A program made the position numbers and the translations under genes. A DNA stretch of 64,000 nucleotides. Origin: the human T2T-CHM13v2.0 reference genome, Homo sapiens. Location of the stretch: assembly GCF_009914755.1 (NCBI RefSeq), contig NC_060925.1. The stretch is one strand, 5' to 3'. Below the pieces are notes generated by a model. It saw only the letters and a program-made list of their open reading frames with translations. It was not told the origin of the DNA and made no database searches. This document shows positions 1-17,520 of the stretch, piece by piece; positions within the stretch are counted from its first letter, which is position 1, and each line of letters opens with the position of its first letter.

Positions 1-360
1 GCTTTTGCTTCATCAATTTTTTAAGCTCAGTTATTAAGCTACCTACATTTTAGGATTTTTAAGTCTTCTTCATGGATTGATCCATTTATTAAAATATCTC
101 TTCTGTCTTTATTCTTCTTGTCTTGAGGTCCATTAAGCCTAATATTAATAAAACTTTCAGCTTTCTTTTGCATACCATTTACATGATATATCTTTATCTT
201 TTTCTTTTTAACCTATATGTATCTTCTTACATTTAATGAAATTATTGATATGTTTGGACTGAAGTCTATCATTTTTGTTACTTGCTTTCAATTTGCCAAA
301 TTCATTATTTTGTTTTTTTCCCCCCCTTTTTTGCTGACTTCTCTTGGCTAATAGAATGTT
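1..360 (-). mobile_element. Old degenerate L1 fragment (ORF1/ORF2 boundary region)
   Basis: T-rich sequence resembling antisense L1 endonuclease-start region (ttgatccatttatt, taatattaata...cagctttcttttg). Confidence 0.45.
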
Positions 361-404
361 ATCTTATCTGGAAGAAGAGGAATAGGAAAGAAAAGGAGTC
401 AGGA

Positions 405-2051
405 ATGGATCTTACTCAGAAGGCTGACTAGACACAGCCAGGTGGAAGAGCTCCCACTGCGGGACCAAGATGACTGGAATGCCCCTAACAGATCTTCAGA
501 GGGAAGAAACCAGGAGTGGACAGAGAGAAGACACAGAAGCTGGGCTGAAGGTAGTGAAAGCTGGGAATGTGGCACAGGACTACTGCACACCAGGTTTTGT
601 TCCTGGCCCACAATGGCTCTGGGGGATCAGGTGAGTTGAATTGTCAAGGAACAACCCACTGTTGCCATGGGCCTCTGGAACCCCTGTAGGAGAAGACCCC
701 TTCACCATCACAGACATTCGAGTTGGCAGGGAGAGCTGCTTAGAGAAGGGGTAGGGGCAGCAAGCCATTGGTGTGGAGCACAGAGGGTATACTGCAGGAG
801 TGTCTGTAGTGGAACATGGCCAGGGATGGCCATCCTAGGCTCAACTTGCTCCCATAGAAGACTTTAGCCCTAGGGGAACTGTCAGACATGATCTCTGCAG
901 GGTGGTCTTCCCCATCAGGTGGGGCTGGTCCAACCTGAGCACCCCTTGGTCTGCTGGTCTCTCTAGGAGCCCCAGCCTGGTTACACCTGCTTGCAGAGCA
1001 GTCTCTAGTGCCCTGGCGGCCCACACCATTGCTTCTGTGCCTGGAAGACCATGCCTGACTGGCAGCTCCAGCCGGGCAGCCCCTATGGCCACACACCAGC
1101 CCACCTGCTCCCTCCCCATACTGCAGCATCCCCCCAGGCCCATGGCAACTCCCCACATCACTTTGCTGGCAATGTCTGCAGAGGCAGGTTTGCTTTCCTT
1201 GCCCACCAGTGTGCAGGAGTGCAGTCCAACCTCCCATCCCCACCAACTGCCATTGCAGAGAGAGCCTTGGTGGGCACAGAGCCAGCCAGCCCTTCCCCCA
1301 CCAGTGCCCACTCTCGTGCTAACACTATGAGAGATCAGCAGATCCTCTGCAACACTGAGCGATCCCTCCTGTTTGCAGAGCACAGAGAAGGCAACCAGAC
1401 CTGCATTTGCCAGCACCTTGCACCTGAGCTAACACCGCCACCAGTGCAGCTGCACACACAGTTGCCAGCAGGGCCCCCAACACCTACTGACTCCCCAGCT
1501 GCATTGCCTCTCCCACTGTGGTGATCACCTGCAGGAAGGCAGGCACCCTGGCACCCACTAGCACTCTGCTGCAGCTGCTGTACCTTGTCTCCTGTGCCAC
1601 CCACAGCACAGTGGATTCCTAACCTCAGGGAGCCAGAGAACAAAGTTGGGAACCAATACAAGTCCCCCAGAATACAGCATGCAGTCCGGAAGTTGGAAGC
1701 TGAGCATTGGCCTTCTAAAATTTCCCAGAAATAAAGCCAGTCAGCTGAATCTACCTTATACCACAATCAAAGCCCCAAAATCATCAAATAGGTTAAAAGG
1801 AAAAAATATCCCAAAGTCAGCAACCTCAAAGATTGAAGGTAGATAGGCCCACAAAGATGAGAAAGAATGAGTGCAAGAACCCTGAAAACTCAAAAAGCCA
1901 GAGTGCCTTTTTTCTTCCAAACAACTGTATCACTTCTCCAGCAAGGGTTCTGAACTGGGCTGAGATGGCTGAAATGACAAAAACAGTATTCAGAATACGG
2001 ATAGGAACAAAGATCACTGAGTTACAGGAGTACATTGAAACCCAATCCAAG
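405..2051 (+). mobile_element. Older primate L1 (about L1PA10-16) 5'UTR plus ORF1 N-terminus, cut off by an MST LTR
   Basis: GC-rich, CpG-depleted 5'UTR followed by MRKNECKNPENSKSQSAFF...WAEMAEMT...FRIRIGTKITELQEY (1858-2051), typical of older L1PA ORF1; homologous to minus-strand ORF1 start at ~58.6 kb. Confidence 0.8.
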
Positions 2052-2400
2052 TGATATGGTTTGGATATGTGTCCCCACCCAAATCTCATGTCAAATTGTA
2101 ATCCCCAATGTTGTAGGATGGGCCTGCTGGGAGGTGATTGGATCATGGGGGTGGATTTGCCCCATGCTGTTCTCATGATAGTGAGTTCTCATGAGATCTG
2201 GTTGTTTAACAGTGTGTAGCACCTCCCCCTTCTCTCTTTTTCCTGCTCCAGCCGTGTAAGATATGCCTGCTTCCCCTTCACCTTCTGCTATGATTGGGAG
2301 TTTCCTGAGGCCTCCCCAGCCATGCTTCCTGTACAGTCTGTGGAACCATGAGCCAATTAAACCTCTTTTCCTTATAAATTACCCAGTCTCAGATATGTCT
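2052..2400 (+). mobile_element. MaLR solo LTR, MSTA-like, 3' terminus missing
   Basis: Starts tgatatggtttgg...ccccacccaaatctcat; ends ccaattaaacctcttttccttataaattacccagtctc. Confidence 0.88.
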
Positions 2401-3141
2401 TTTTTTTTTTTTTCCTCCCGCAGCATTACTGCTGACTTATTACAAATCCCTAAGAGGGCTTTATTTTTTTCTTTTCAACATCCTGTTCTACAGCTTCCTT
2501 GGCTCTTTTTGCTTTTATGCCAAAGAGCTGGGCAATGGCACAGGCCATGAGGAGATGCGCGAAGGCTTTGAAATTCTTCTCCTCCTCAGTGATGACTAGG
2601 GCTTTCTCCTTTTTATAGACCTTCTGGATGGGCATGACTGGTCCTGTCAGCTGGATGGCCAATATCAGTTCTTCAACAGAACTGTCTCCCTTCTTAGGGG
2701 CCAAGGGCTTCCTGGGGAAGAGGATGAGCTTGGAATTGTACTCCTTCAGCCGCTGCACATTGCCCTGCAGGGACTCAGTGGACTTGTTCCGCCTCCTCCA
2801 ATCAATAGAGATGCCAGTGGTTTGGGCCACATTCTTGTGAATGCCTGCCACCTTGAGCTCCTCTAAGCTGAAGTGCGGCTGATGCACACCTTGGTGTGAT
2901 AGTGTATAGTGTGGCACTACATGATGGGCTGGATGGGTCCTGACTCGGGGTATGGGGCAGTGCGGTGTGCTTTTGCTTGCTGGGCCTTGCGTCTGCGGAT
3001 CTAATGGGCCAGCTGGTTGAACCACTTGGCCACACATTGCTAGCAGTCCTTGTGGAAGTGGGGCTTCGAGATCATGCCATTATGGCTGGGCACCATGGCT
3101 GCCTATGGCCTGCCTGTGCAGGAAAACAACTGATCAGAAAG
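2401..3141 (-). pseudogene. RPL13: Processed pseudogene of ribosomal protein L13 (eL13), full length
   Basis: [13 protein letters not shown]...[31 protein letters not shown]...[16 protein letters not shown]; ATG at 3096; pyrimidine TOP-like 5' end at 3141; no introns; poly(A) as T-run 2401-2413; degenerate TSD 2383-2400/3142-3159; frameshifts and a stop. Confidence 0.96.
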
Positions 3142-3159
3142 CCAGTCTGAGGTATTTCT

Positions 3160-7088
<3,929 letters not shown>

Positions 7089-7089
7089 C

Positions 7090-7522
7090 TCATGGAGGTG
7101 AAACATGATTCCTCACTCCTTAAGTGTGGACTGGGCGTAGTAATTTCTTTCCAAAGAATACAGTATGGGAAGAGGGGTGATGGGGAGAAGAAACCTTACA
7201 GTGTAGAAACCTTACAAACACTACCTCAGCCAGGTGATCAAAGTCTCAACACCCAAGTCATATTGCTAGCAAGTGTCTTTGATATAATGTGACTTTACCT
7301 CTATGGTCTTGCTCCCAAAAACCCATAAACCCTGTCTAATCATAAGAAAAACATCAAACAAATTCCAGTTGAGGAACATTCTTTACAATAACTGACCAGT
7401 ACTTCTCAAAGCTGTAAAGGTCACCAAAACTAGGAAAGTCTGAGAAACTGTCACATCCAAAAGATCCTAAGGAAACATGATGATTAAACATAATGTATTC
7501 TGGAAAGGATCCTAGAACAGAA
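7090..7522 (+). mobile_element. Ancient L1 (L1MC-like) 3'UTR fragment
   Basis: acactacctcagccaggtgatcaa...ggaaagtctgagaaactgtcaca...gatcctagaacagaa matches remembered L1MC 3' end. Confidence 0.7.
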
Positions 7523-7534
7523 GTATTTTAATTT

Positions 7535-8026
<492 letters not shown>

Positions 8027-8594
8027 TAACTTATCTTTTTAGCCCCTTAACAGTGTCTTTCATGGAGCAGTAGTTTTAAATTTTAATGAAGTCCAATGCA
8101 TCAACTTTTTAAATGGACCATTCTTTTGGTGTTTTATCAAAAATTTCATTGCCAAACCAAAGGTCACCTATATTTTCTCCTATATTAACTTCTAGGAGTT
8201 ATATAGTTTTGTGTTTTACATTTTATGATCCATTTTGAGTTAATTTTTATGTAAGGTGTAAGGTCTGTGTCTAGGTTTATTATTTTTACATGTGGACATT
8301 AAATTGTTGCAGCACCATTTGTTAAAAAGACTTCTCTATTCGATTGCCTTTACTCTTTTGTCAAATATCAGTTGATGATATTTGTGTGGGCATATTTCTG
8401 GGCTCTGTTGTTTCTGTTCCATTGATCTATGTGTCTATTTTTTTTTTTTCCCCAATATCACACTGTTTTGGTTACTAGTCACTTTGTAGAATGACTTGAA
8501 ATCAGAGAGTGTGCATCCTCCAACTTTGTTCTTCTTCAGTATTGTCTTTGCTGTTATAGGTTTGTTTGTCATTTCGTATAAATGTTAGAATCAT

Positions 8595-8908
8595 GGCCGG
8601 GCACGGTGGCTTACGCCTGTAATCCCAGCACTTTGGGAGGCAGAGGCGGGCAGATCACGAGGTCAGGAGATGGAGACCATCCTGGCTAACACAGTGAAAC
8701 CCTGTCTCTACTAAAAGTACAAAAAGTTAGCCGGGTGTGGTGGCGGGCGTCTGTAGTCCCAGCTACTTGGGAGGCTGAGGCAGGAGAATGCCAGGAGGCG
8801 GAGCTTGCAGTGAGCCGAGATTGCGCCACTGCACTCCAGCCTGGGCGACAGAGTGAGACTTCATCTCAAAAAAAAAAAAAAAAAAAAAGAAAGACTTTAA
8901 AAAAAAGT
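8595..8908 (+). mobile_element. AluY with small right-arm deletion
   Basis: ggccgggcacggtggc...poly(A); TSD gttagaatcat. Confidence 0.92.
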
Positions 8909-9363
8909 TAGAATCATTTCATCAATATCTACAATATAGATTGCAGGAATTTTGATTGAAATTACACTGAATCTATAGATCATGTTAGGAGAAATCTTAA
9001 CAATTTTGAGTCTTTTAATATATGAACATAGAATATTTCTCCATTAAGTTAGACTTTTTGTGTTTTTTTGTTAAAGGTTTTTTTTTCAAACTCTTTTCGG
9101 TCACCTTTAATTTTTTTTCACAGAATTTTGTAATTTCCACATATAGACTGCACATAAATTACATAAATTGTTACACTTACACCCAAGTATTTCAATTTTG
9201 TTGTAATTATTTCAAATGGTTAAAAAAATTTTTAATTCCTATTGTTCATTTCTGGTATACAGGACAGCAATTATATATATTAATTTTAATTTTATACACT
9301 TTAATTTTATATGTTAACCTTGTATCTTGAAACCTTGCTATAATCACTTATTAGTTCCAGAAG

Positions 9364-9365
<2 letters not shown>

Positions 9366-9410
<45 letters not shown>
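9366..9410. repeat. (TG)n microsatellite, about 22 units
   Basis: Direct inspection. Confidence 0.97.
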
Positions 9411-9412
<2 letters not shown>

Positions 9413-9654
9413 CTTTGGGATTCTCTATATCTGCAATTATGTCATTTGCAAAAAAAAAGACAGAGTTTTCTATTTCTTCCTTTACAATCTGTATGTATTT
9501 TATCTCATTTTCTTGTCATATTGTAGTTGGTTGGTCCTGCCATACAAAGTCAAATAGGTACATCTCCGATATGATGGTGAGATAGGACATTCATGCCTTC
9601 ATGCCTTGCTCCTGATCTGAGGGTAAAAACATTCAGTTTTTCACCTTTCAGCAT

Positions 9655-9957
9655 ATTTTTTTATTTTTATTTTTAAGACAGGGTCCCACTCTGTTGGCCA
9701 GGCTGGAATGCAGTGGCATGAACATAGTTCATACAGCCTCGACCTCTTGGGCTTAAATGCTCCTCCAGCCTCAGCCTCCCATGTAGCTGGGACCATAGGC
9801 ACACGCCTTCGTGCCTGGCTAATTTTGAAATTTTTCTGTAGAGAAGGGGGTCTCACTTTGTTGCCCAGGCTGGTCTTGAATTCCTGGCCTCAAATAATCC
9901 TTCTACCTCAGCTTCCCAAAGTGCTAGCATTACAGGAGTGAGTCACCATGCCTGACC
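9655..9957 (-). mobile_element. AluJ
   Basis: agacagggtc, cagcctcgacctc J-type features. Confidence 0.88.
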
Positions 9958-10697
9958 TGTAATTTTTTCTTTTTTTTTGAGGACCTCACCAAACTTCATA
10001 GAGACCTATAATTTTAAGTGTCTTTTGTAGATATTACTTATAAAATTAAGGAAGTTCCCATTTATTGTGAATTTGTTGAGAGTTTTAAAAATTGTAAATG
10101 GGTATTGGATTTTGTCAAGTGCTTTCTCTGGATCAAATGCTAAAGTTATATTAATTTTCTTCTTTAGCTACTGATATCATAGATTACATTTTTTTAGTTT
10201 TCAATGATGAGCCAGCCTTGCCTACCTGGAATAAGTCATTGGTTTTAGTATGTAATTCTTTATATACACTATTGAATTAAATTTCCTAATATTTTGTTGA
10301 AATTTTTGTGTTTGTGTTAATGAGAGGTATGTGTGTGTAGTTTTCCTTTCTTGTAATGTCTATCTGGTTTTGGTATTAGGGTAATACTGGCCTTACAGAA
10401 TGAGCTAGAAAATTTCCACCACTTGAATTTTCCAGAAGAGATTGTAGAGAATTGGATGATTCCCTGATCATCCCGACTCTTTCAATTTCTTCCTTTCTTA
10501 ATTGTTGGGTAGAATTCACAAGTGAAAACATCTGGGCCCAGTGCTTTCTTATTTGAAAGGTTACTAATTACTGATTTAATTTATTTGGTATACATAGACC
10601 TATTCCAATTATCTAACTTTTCTTATGCAATTTTTGGTAGTGGGTGTCTTTAAATGGATTGATTTATTTCATCTAAGTTATCAAATTTACAAGCATT

Positions 10698-10831
10698 AGC
10701 TGGGCACGGTGGCTCATGCTTATAATCCTAGCACTTTGGGAGGCTGAGGCAGGAGGATTGCTTGAGGCCAAGAGTTCAAGACCAACCTAGCCAACAAAAC
10801 AAGACCCCATCTCTAAAATAAAAATAAAAAA
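10698..10831 (+). mobile_element. FLAM / Alu left monomer
   Basis: Single arm with A tail; TSD atttacaagcat. Confidence 0.85.
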
Positions 10832-12345
10832 TATTTACAAGCATAGAGTTGTTCATACTATTTCTCTTTTTTCATACTATTTCTTTAGAAGTTTTTAAAT
10901 GTTTAGGGGATTGATAGTGATGATCTTTCTTTGATATTTAATACTCATAACTTATTTTTTCTATCTTCTTTTCCTGGTGAGCCTAGCTAGAGATTGATCA
11001 TTTTTATTGATCTTTTCAAAGAACCAGCCCTTGGTTTTGTTGATTTTCTCTATTGTTCTCCCATTTTTAATTTTATTAATTTTTGCTCTTTTATTATTTC
11101 TTTTACTCTGCTTGCTTTAGGCATAAATTGCTCTCCTTACTCTAGTTTCCTGAAGTGGAAACTTAGGTTATCAATTCTGGATCTTTCTTCTTTTCTAATA
11201 TATGCATTAGTACTATATATTTCCTTCTAAGCACTGTTTTTGCAGTATACTAAGAATTTTAATAAGTTGTATTTTAATTTCCATTTAGTTAAAAATATTT
11301 TAAATTTTTTCTTGAGAATTCTTCTTTGATCTCTGTGTTACTTAGAAGTATATTGTTTGATCTCCAAGTATTTGGGGATCATCCAGTTATCTTTCTAATA
11401 TTGACTTACAGTTTAATTCCAATGTGGTTTGAGAATATACTTTGCATGATTTCTATTCTTTTATATTTGTTAAGGTGTGTTTTATGGCCAAGATTGTTTT
11501 CTATTTTAGTTAATGTTACATGTAAACTTGAGAAGACTGTGCATTATTCTGTTTTGGGGTAGATTATTCTACAAATGTCAGTTAGATCAAGTTGATCAAT
11601 AGTGCTGTTCAGGTTAGTTATATCTTTACTGACTTTCTGTCTGCTTAATCTGTCAATCATCAAAAGAGATGTATTGAAGTTTACAGCTGTGATAGTGTAT
11701 TTGTCTATTTCTCTTTTTACATCTATCCACTTTTACCTCTTATTTTTTTGATGCTGTGTTGTAGGTTTGTATATGTTTAGGATTATGTCTTCTTGGAAAA
11801 TTATCCTCTTTATTATTATGTAATGTCTCTCTTTATCTGTGATAATTTTTCTTGTTCTGTGCTTTGTCCAAAATTAATGTAGCTACTCCAGCTTTTTTTT
11901 TTTTTTTTTTTGATGACTACTGGCATGGTGTACTCTTCTCCATCCTTTTATGTTTACCTGACCCTTTAAATTTAATATCTTGTAGACAACATATGATTGG
12001 GTCTTGTTTATTTATCCACTCTGATAGTCTCTGTCTTCAATTGGTGTATTTATATAATTCACACAAGTGATTATTGATATAGTTGAATTAATTATCTTTC
12101 CTGTGTTTACATTTTCTATTTGTTGCATTTGTTTTTTATTTCTTACCTCTTCTAGTTCTGCTTTCTCTAGTTCTGGTTGACTATTTTATATTATTCCATT
12201 TTATCTCTTAGCATGTCAATTATACTTCTTTTTAATTTTTTTAGTGGTGGCCCTAGAATTTGCAATATACATTATTAGGTAATCTAAGTCCATTTTGAAC
12301 AATACTATGCCACTTCACATATAGTGCAGGCACCTTATAACAATA

Positions 12346-13058
12346 CAATTGTTTCTCCTTATTCGTGGAGGCTACATTTCAAGACCCTCAGCAGATACAT
12401 GAAACTGCAGATAGTACTGAATCCTATATATACCATGTTATTTTCTATACAAGCATACCTATGATAAAATTTTATTTATAAAGTAGGCACAGTAAGAGAT
12501 TAAAAACTATAGCTAACAATAAAATAGAGCAATTATAACAATATGCTGTAATAAAAGTTAGATGAATGTGCTCTTTCTTTTTCTCAAAATATCTTAGTGT
12601 ATTTTACTCATGCTTCTTCTTGTGATGAAAATGTGAGATGATAAAATACCTATGTGATGAGATGAAGTGAGATGGATGACATAGGCTTTGTAGCATTAGG
12701 CTACAATTGACCTTCTGACAATACATCAGAAGGAGGAGGAGGATAATACCTGGTGTGGATGATTCTGCATCATTGAGCCATACTGATGTTAATGGTTGAA
12801 TGTCAGGAGCAGACAATGACTAACAAGTGGCTCGTGTATACAGCATGGATACACTGGGCAAAGGGATGATTCACTTCCCAAGTGAGAAGCAGCAGGGTGG
12901 TGCAAGATTTCATCATGCTTCTCAGAATGACATGCAATTTAAGTCATATAAATTGTTTATTTCTGGAATTTTTTATTTAATATTTTTGTACAGCAGTTGA
13001 CTGAGGTAAGTGAAACTGCAAAAAGCGAAACCTTGAATGGAGATGTGAGGGACTACTG
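12346..13058. mobile_element. MER44-type Tigger MITE (Tc1/mariner DNA transposon)
   Basis: TA flanks on both sides; terminus gggactactg; degenerate TIR at left; gaaactgcagatagtactgaa internal motif. Confidence 0.82.
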
Positions 13059-14168
13059 TATTCCTAATTTTTTTCTCTCATTTCTTATGACATCACTGCC
13101 ATTTATTTTACTTTTCTATTATGTGTAGTAATTACCCAATACATTGTTACTATCACTTTTAACAAAGTTATCTCTTAGAGTAATTAACAAACAAGTAAAA
13201 CAAAATATTTTATCTCACCTTCATTTATTTCTTCTCTGATGCTATTCTTTTGTTTATGTGATCTAAGTTTCTGACCTATACCATTTTTCTTCTTCCTAAA
13301 TAATTTTTAAAAACATTTCTTGCAGGGCAGGTTGGGTGGTGATAAATTACCTCAGTTTTTGTTTGTCTAAGAAAACTTTTATTTCTCTTTCCTTTTTACT
13401 GATAATTTTACTGGATATAGAGTTCGAGATTGTTGGTTTTTTTTCTTTCAACACTTTAAATATTTCCTTCCACTTTCTTCTTGCTTGCATGATTTTTGAT
13501 GAGCAGTCTACTTTAATTTTTATGTTTCTTTCTCTATAAATAAGGTTTTATTTTTAAATCTGTTTTCTTTCAAGATGTTTCCTTTTGTCTTTGTTTTTCT
13601 TCAGCTTAAATATGGTATACCTAGGTGTAGTTTTAAAAGTATCCTGCTTGGTGTTCTCTGAGCTTTCTGACTGTGCTTTAGTGTTTGTCACTATATTTGA
13701 AAAATTCTTGGCCATTACTACTTCAAATATTTCTTTTGATTCACTTTATCTTTCTTTTCCCTTTGGTATTCCAATTACACATATTTTACACTTCTTGAAA
13801 TTGTCTCACAGTTTGGATGTTCTGGGTTTCTTTTCATTCTTTATCTCTTTGCATTTTTGTTTGGGACGTTTTCATTGACCTATTTTCAAGTTCACTGATT
13901 ATTTCCTCAGCTATGTCCAGATTAATCAGCCCATCAAAAGCATTCTTCATTTCTGTTACAGTGTCTTTGATTTCTAGCGTTTCCTTTTGATTCTTACAGT
14001 TTCTATCACTTTGCTTACATTACCCATATGTTCCTTCAGGTTGTCTAGTTTTTCCATCAGACATATAATTATGTATGTCTTTAGCATATATAATTATTTT
14101 AAATTGCCTGTCTGAGAATTTCAAAATTTGTATTATATCTGAGTGTGGTTCCATTGCTTGCTTTGTCT

Positions 14169-14911
14169 TGTTTGGTCCAGAAAATCATACCCAAAAGTAT
14201 GGTGCTCAGTATGCTGAGCATTTTTGAATTAAAGAAAATTAGACAGTCTTAGAGGCTACCTCAGAACCAAAAACTTTATAACCTTCTTTTGTTTCCTATA
14301 CCCACCACTCAGTGCAGGGAGGAGCTCAATCTGGAATTTCTTTATCTGACTGAGGAAACTTCTTTCCAAAAGAAGTGTAATTGTTTTAAGACTCTCTCCC
14401 TAGACATCTCATTAAATAATAGCAAAAGATTAACTAAGAAGAAGAGAAGAGAACACATCCAGAAAGATTTTTCATCTATTTTTCTGAGGGGAGCGCTGAG
14501 AAATTACCTGTGAGACTGTATCTGCACAATCAGACAACCTTTGTTCATAGTGCAGTTCTGCCCCTCATTTTTGTGTATCTAGTCCACAAGATATTGCTTG
14601 TCCTTAGTTTCCATTTATTGTGCAAAGAGAATCATTTACAAACAACTGACTGTTCTTTGGGCTCATTCATTTCCTCTAAAAATTATTTACAATTCCTGTA
14701 AAACTGCCTACAACCCCTAACTTCACTCCCCCGCATAAAGATGTTATTTAAGCTTCAATCATCTGGTTCTACTTTGAGTCTCATATTTTGTATGGCTCCC
14801 ACACTTATGCATGTTAATAAATTTGTACTTTTTTCATGTTATTGTTTATTGTTAGTTTATTTCAGTAAAACTTCAGACAGAATGGAAGAGAAGCTTTCCT
14901 TTAGCTCCTAC
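14169..14911 (+). mobile_element. ERV1 solo LTR, MER39/MER34 family
   Basis: tgt...cagaaaatcatacccaaaagtatggtgct...atgctgagca start; aataaa at ~14816. Confidence 0.7.
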
Positions 14912-15255
14912 GGTCTCCTCAGATTGTTTTTTCTTCTTTCTTGTTTGGTATGCCCTGTAATTTTTTGCTGAAATTAAATGTTATGTTTCAGGCGATAGGA
15001 AATGAGGTAGAAGGTCTTTAGTATGAGCGTTTCTGTTAATCTGGCTAGCAGTTGGGGTGTACTTAATATTTGTTGTAGTTATAGATTCTAGAAGCTTCAA
15101 ATTCTATGTCCCTGTTTTAATCTTCCCTGTTTTCTCTGGACTTTCCTGTAGTCTCCTCAGAAAAAGTCTTGGCCTTGGATCTCTTTCAATTGTGATTCAC
15201 TGTGATCACACTGGAGCCCTGTGAGTGTGGTATAACGCATGGGGAAGAAGAATTT

Positions 15256-15291
15256 CTACACTTGATCTTAGCCAAAAGGCTGAGAAGTGAT
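15256..15291 (-). pseudogene. RNU2: U2 snRNA 5'-fragment (nt 1-36) tailless retropseudogene
   Basis: Reverse complement atcacttctcagccttttggctaagatcaagtgtag equals U2 1-36 with two CpG decays; perfect 17-bp TSD gggaagaagaatttcta (15242-15258, 15292-15308). Confidence 0.95.
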
Positions 15292-15936
15292 GGGAAGAAG
15301 AATTTCTATAATCTTATAATTAAATTTCAGTCTTTTGTATAATGATGTCCCTGGACCATGACTTTCACAAATGTCTCTTAGCTTTTTTCCACCCTTACAT
15401 GAGCTAGCAAGAGTGAATGGGACTGGAGTTGTCATGGATAGGATAAGTCTCTGGAAGTCTTTTTCCCTGGAGACTAGGCCTTTTTCTGGAGAATGTTCTG
15501 GATTATATGATTAGTCTCCCCTCTTCCCTCCATCCTGCTAGAGCCACAGGGGATCTTTCCTGTGCGTTTACTATGAGAATGTGGTAAGATTTCTAGAGCC
15601 AAAACTTATAAAAATATGAGGATCCCTCCAACATTGTGGCCCTCAGGAGCCTCTCATTCTTGTGCCAGTCCACACTCAGACTCTGGCATTTCACCCAAAT
15701 AAGCATTTAAATGTTTCTACTATGTTATGGCTCCAGCAGCTTCTGCTTATTTAGATGTGCAGATTTCAGCTGTGTCTCTCTCCACATTTTTGGGTTGTGA
15801 TTTGTCCTGTGTAGGGATGAAAAAGGAAGGCTTTCCCTCTACTCTCTGAAGGTTCACTGAAATGAACTAATAATGGACAGATTAGCAAGAGAAAAGGCAT
15901 ACAAATTTAGTAATGTGCAGAAGCACAGGAGCCATA

Positions 15937-17520
15937 TGTCAATAAGAAATAATTGAAAGGATGAGAATCTAGTTTAAAAGATTTTCTTCAAACATAATGC
16001 TGTGAATGGACATCTCAGTAACACAGAAGCCAAATAAATGGGATCAGCACTAAGAAGCTGAAAAGTTAAAGCATTGCTTCTATAGGCAGAGAGCAAAAAA
16101 TTGAACAGAATGACAGCATTTTCCATACAAGGCTAGTTTATGAGTTACAGTAATTTAATTTGCTTTAGCTTGTTTTATTTTCCTTTCCAACGTAGAAGGG
16201 TATCTTTAACATTTTATTTTAGGCAATGTGATAGTCATAAGGACTTTGTGTAAGAGATGTATATCTATAATCAGAAGAACAAAGGTTATAGCTGCCTAGG
16301 TTACAGCTGCTTAGATTACAATCGCCTGTCATATGACTCAGGTCTCATAATCACATTCCTTTAAGACTCAAAATCATGTAAAGTTCCAATAGCTTTGATT
16401 TTCTTTCTTTGTTTCATTTATTTTTAATATTTATTTTTTGTGGGTACATGGTAGGTGTATATATTTCTGTGGTACATGAGTTTTGAAACAGGCATGCAAT
16501 GTGAAATAATCAGATCATAAAGAATGGAGTACCCATTCCATCAAGCATTTATGATTTGTGTTACAAACAATCCAATTATACTCTGTTATTTTTAAATGTA
16601 CAATTAAGTTATTATGACTATAGTCACCCTGTGGTGTTATCAAATAGTAGGTCTTATTCATTCTTTCTATTTTGTGTATCCATTAACCATCTCTACTTCT
16701 TTCCCAAACCTTCCCACCCTTCCCAGACTCTGGCAACCATCCTTCTACTCTCTATGACCCTGAGTTCAATTGTTTTCATTTTTAGATTCCACAAATAAGT
16801 GAGAACATGCAATGATTGTCTTTCTGTGCCTGGCTTATTTCACTTAACATAATGATCTCCAGTTCTATCCATGTTGTTGCAAATGACAGGATCTCATTCT
16901 TGTTTTTATGGCTGAATAGTACTCCATCTGTATATGTACCACATTTTCTTTATTCGTTTGTTGATGAACACTTAGGTTGCTTCCAAATCTTAGCTATTGT
17001 AAACAGTGCTGCAACAAACATAGGAGTGCAGATATCTCTTTGAAATACAGATTTTCTTTCTTTTGGATATATACCCAGCACTGGGTTTGCTGGGTCATAT
17101 AGTAGCTCTATTTTAGTTTTTTGAGGAACCTCCAAACTGTTCTTGATAGTGGTTGCACTAGTTTATGTTCCCCCCAACAGTGTACAAGGAGGGTTCCCTT
17201 TTCTCCACATCTTTGCCAGCATTCGTTATTGCCTGTCTTTTGGATAAAAGCCATTTTAACTAAGGTGAGAGGATATCTCATTGTAGTTTTGATTTGCAGT
17301 TCTCTGATGATCAATGATGTTGAACACCTTTTAATATGCCTGTTTGCCATTTGTATTTCTTCTTTTGAGAAGTGTTTATTCAGATCTTTGACCCATTTTT
17401 AAAGCTGGGTTATTAGATTTTTTTTCCCTGTAGAGTGGTTTGAGCTCCTTATATATTCTGGTTATTAATCCCTTGTCATGTAAGTAGTTCAGCTTTGATT
17501 TTGAATTACTTCTTTTTACA
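15937..17520 (-). mobile_element. Solo LTR, MER72-like, split by L1MA
   Basis: TG...CA ends, 4-bp flanks cata/caaa; aagtaattcaaaatcaaagctattggaacttta start. Confidence 0.65.
16403..17490 (-). mobile_element. 5'-truncated L1MA (about L1MA1-3) 3' end
   Basis: ORF2 C-terminal peptide DPANPVLGIYPKE...CTPMFVAALFTIAK; 12-bp TSD agctttgatttt. Confidence 0.88.

Noticed and set aside
399-1846. Cluster of overlapping 60-190 aa ORFs
   Set aside because: Chance ORFs in a GC-rich old L1 5'UTR; no protein motifs
2450-3037. 195-aa ORF as a functional RPL13
   Set aside because: N-terminus is out of frame, true ATG frame is broken, and it has retrocopy hallmarks
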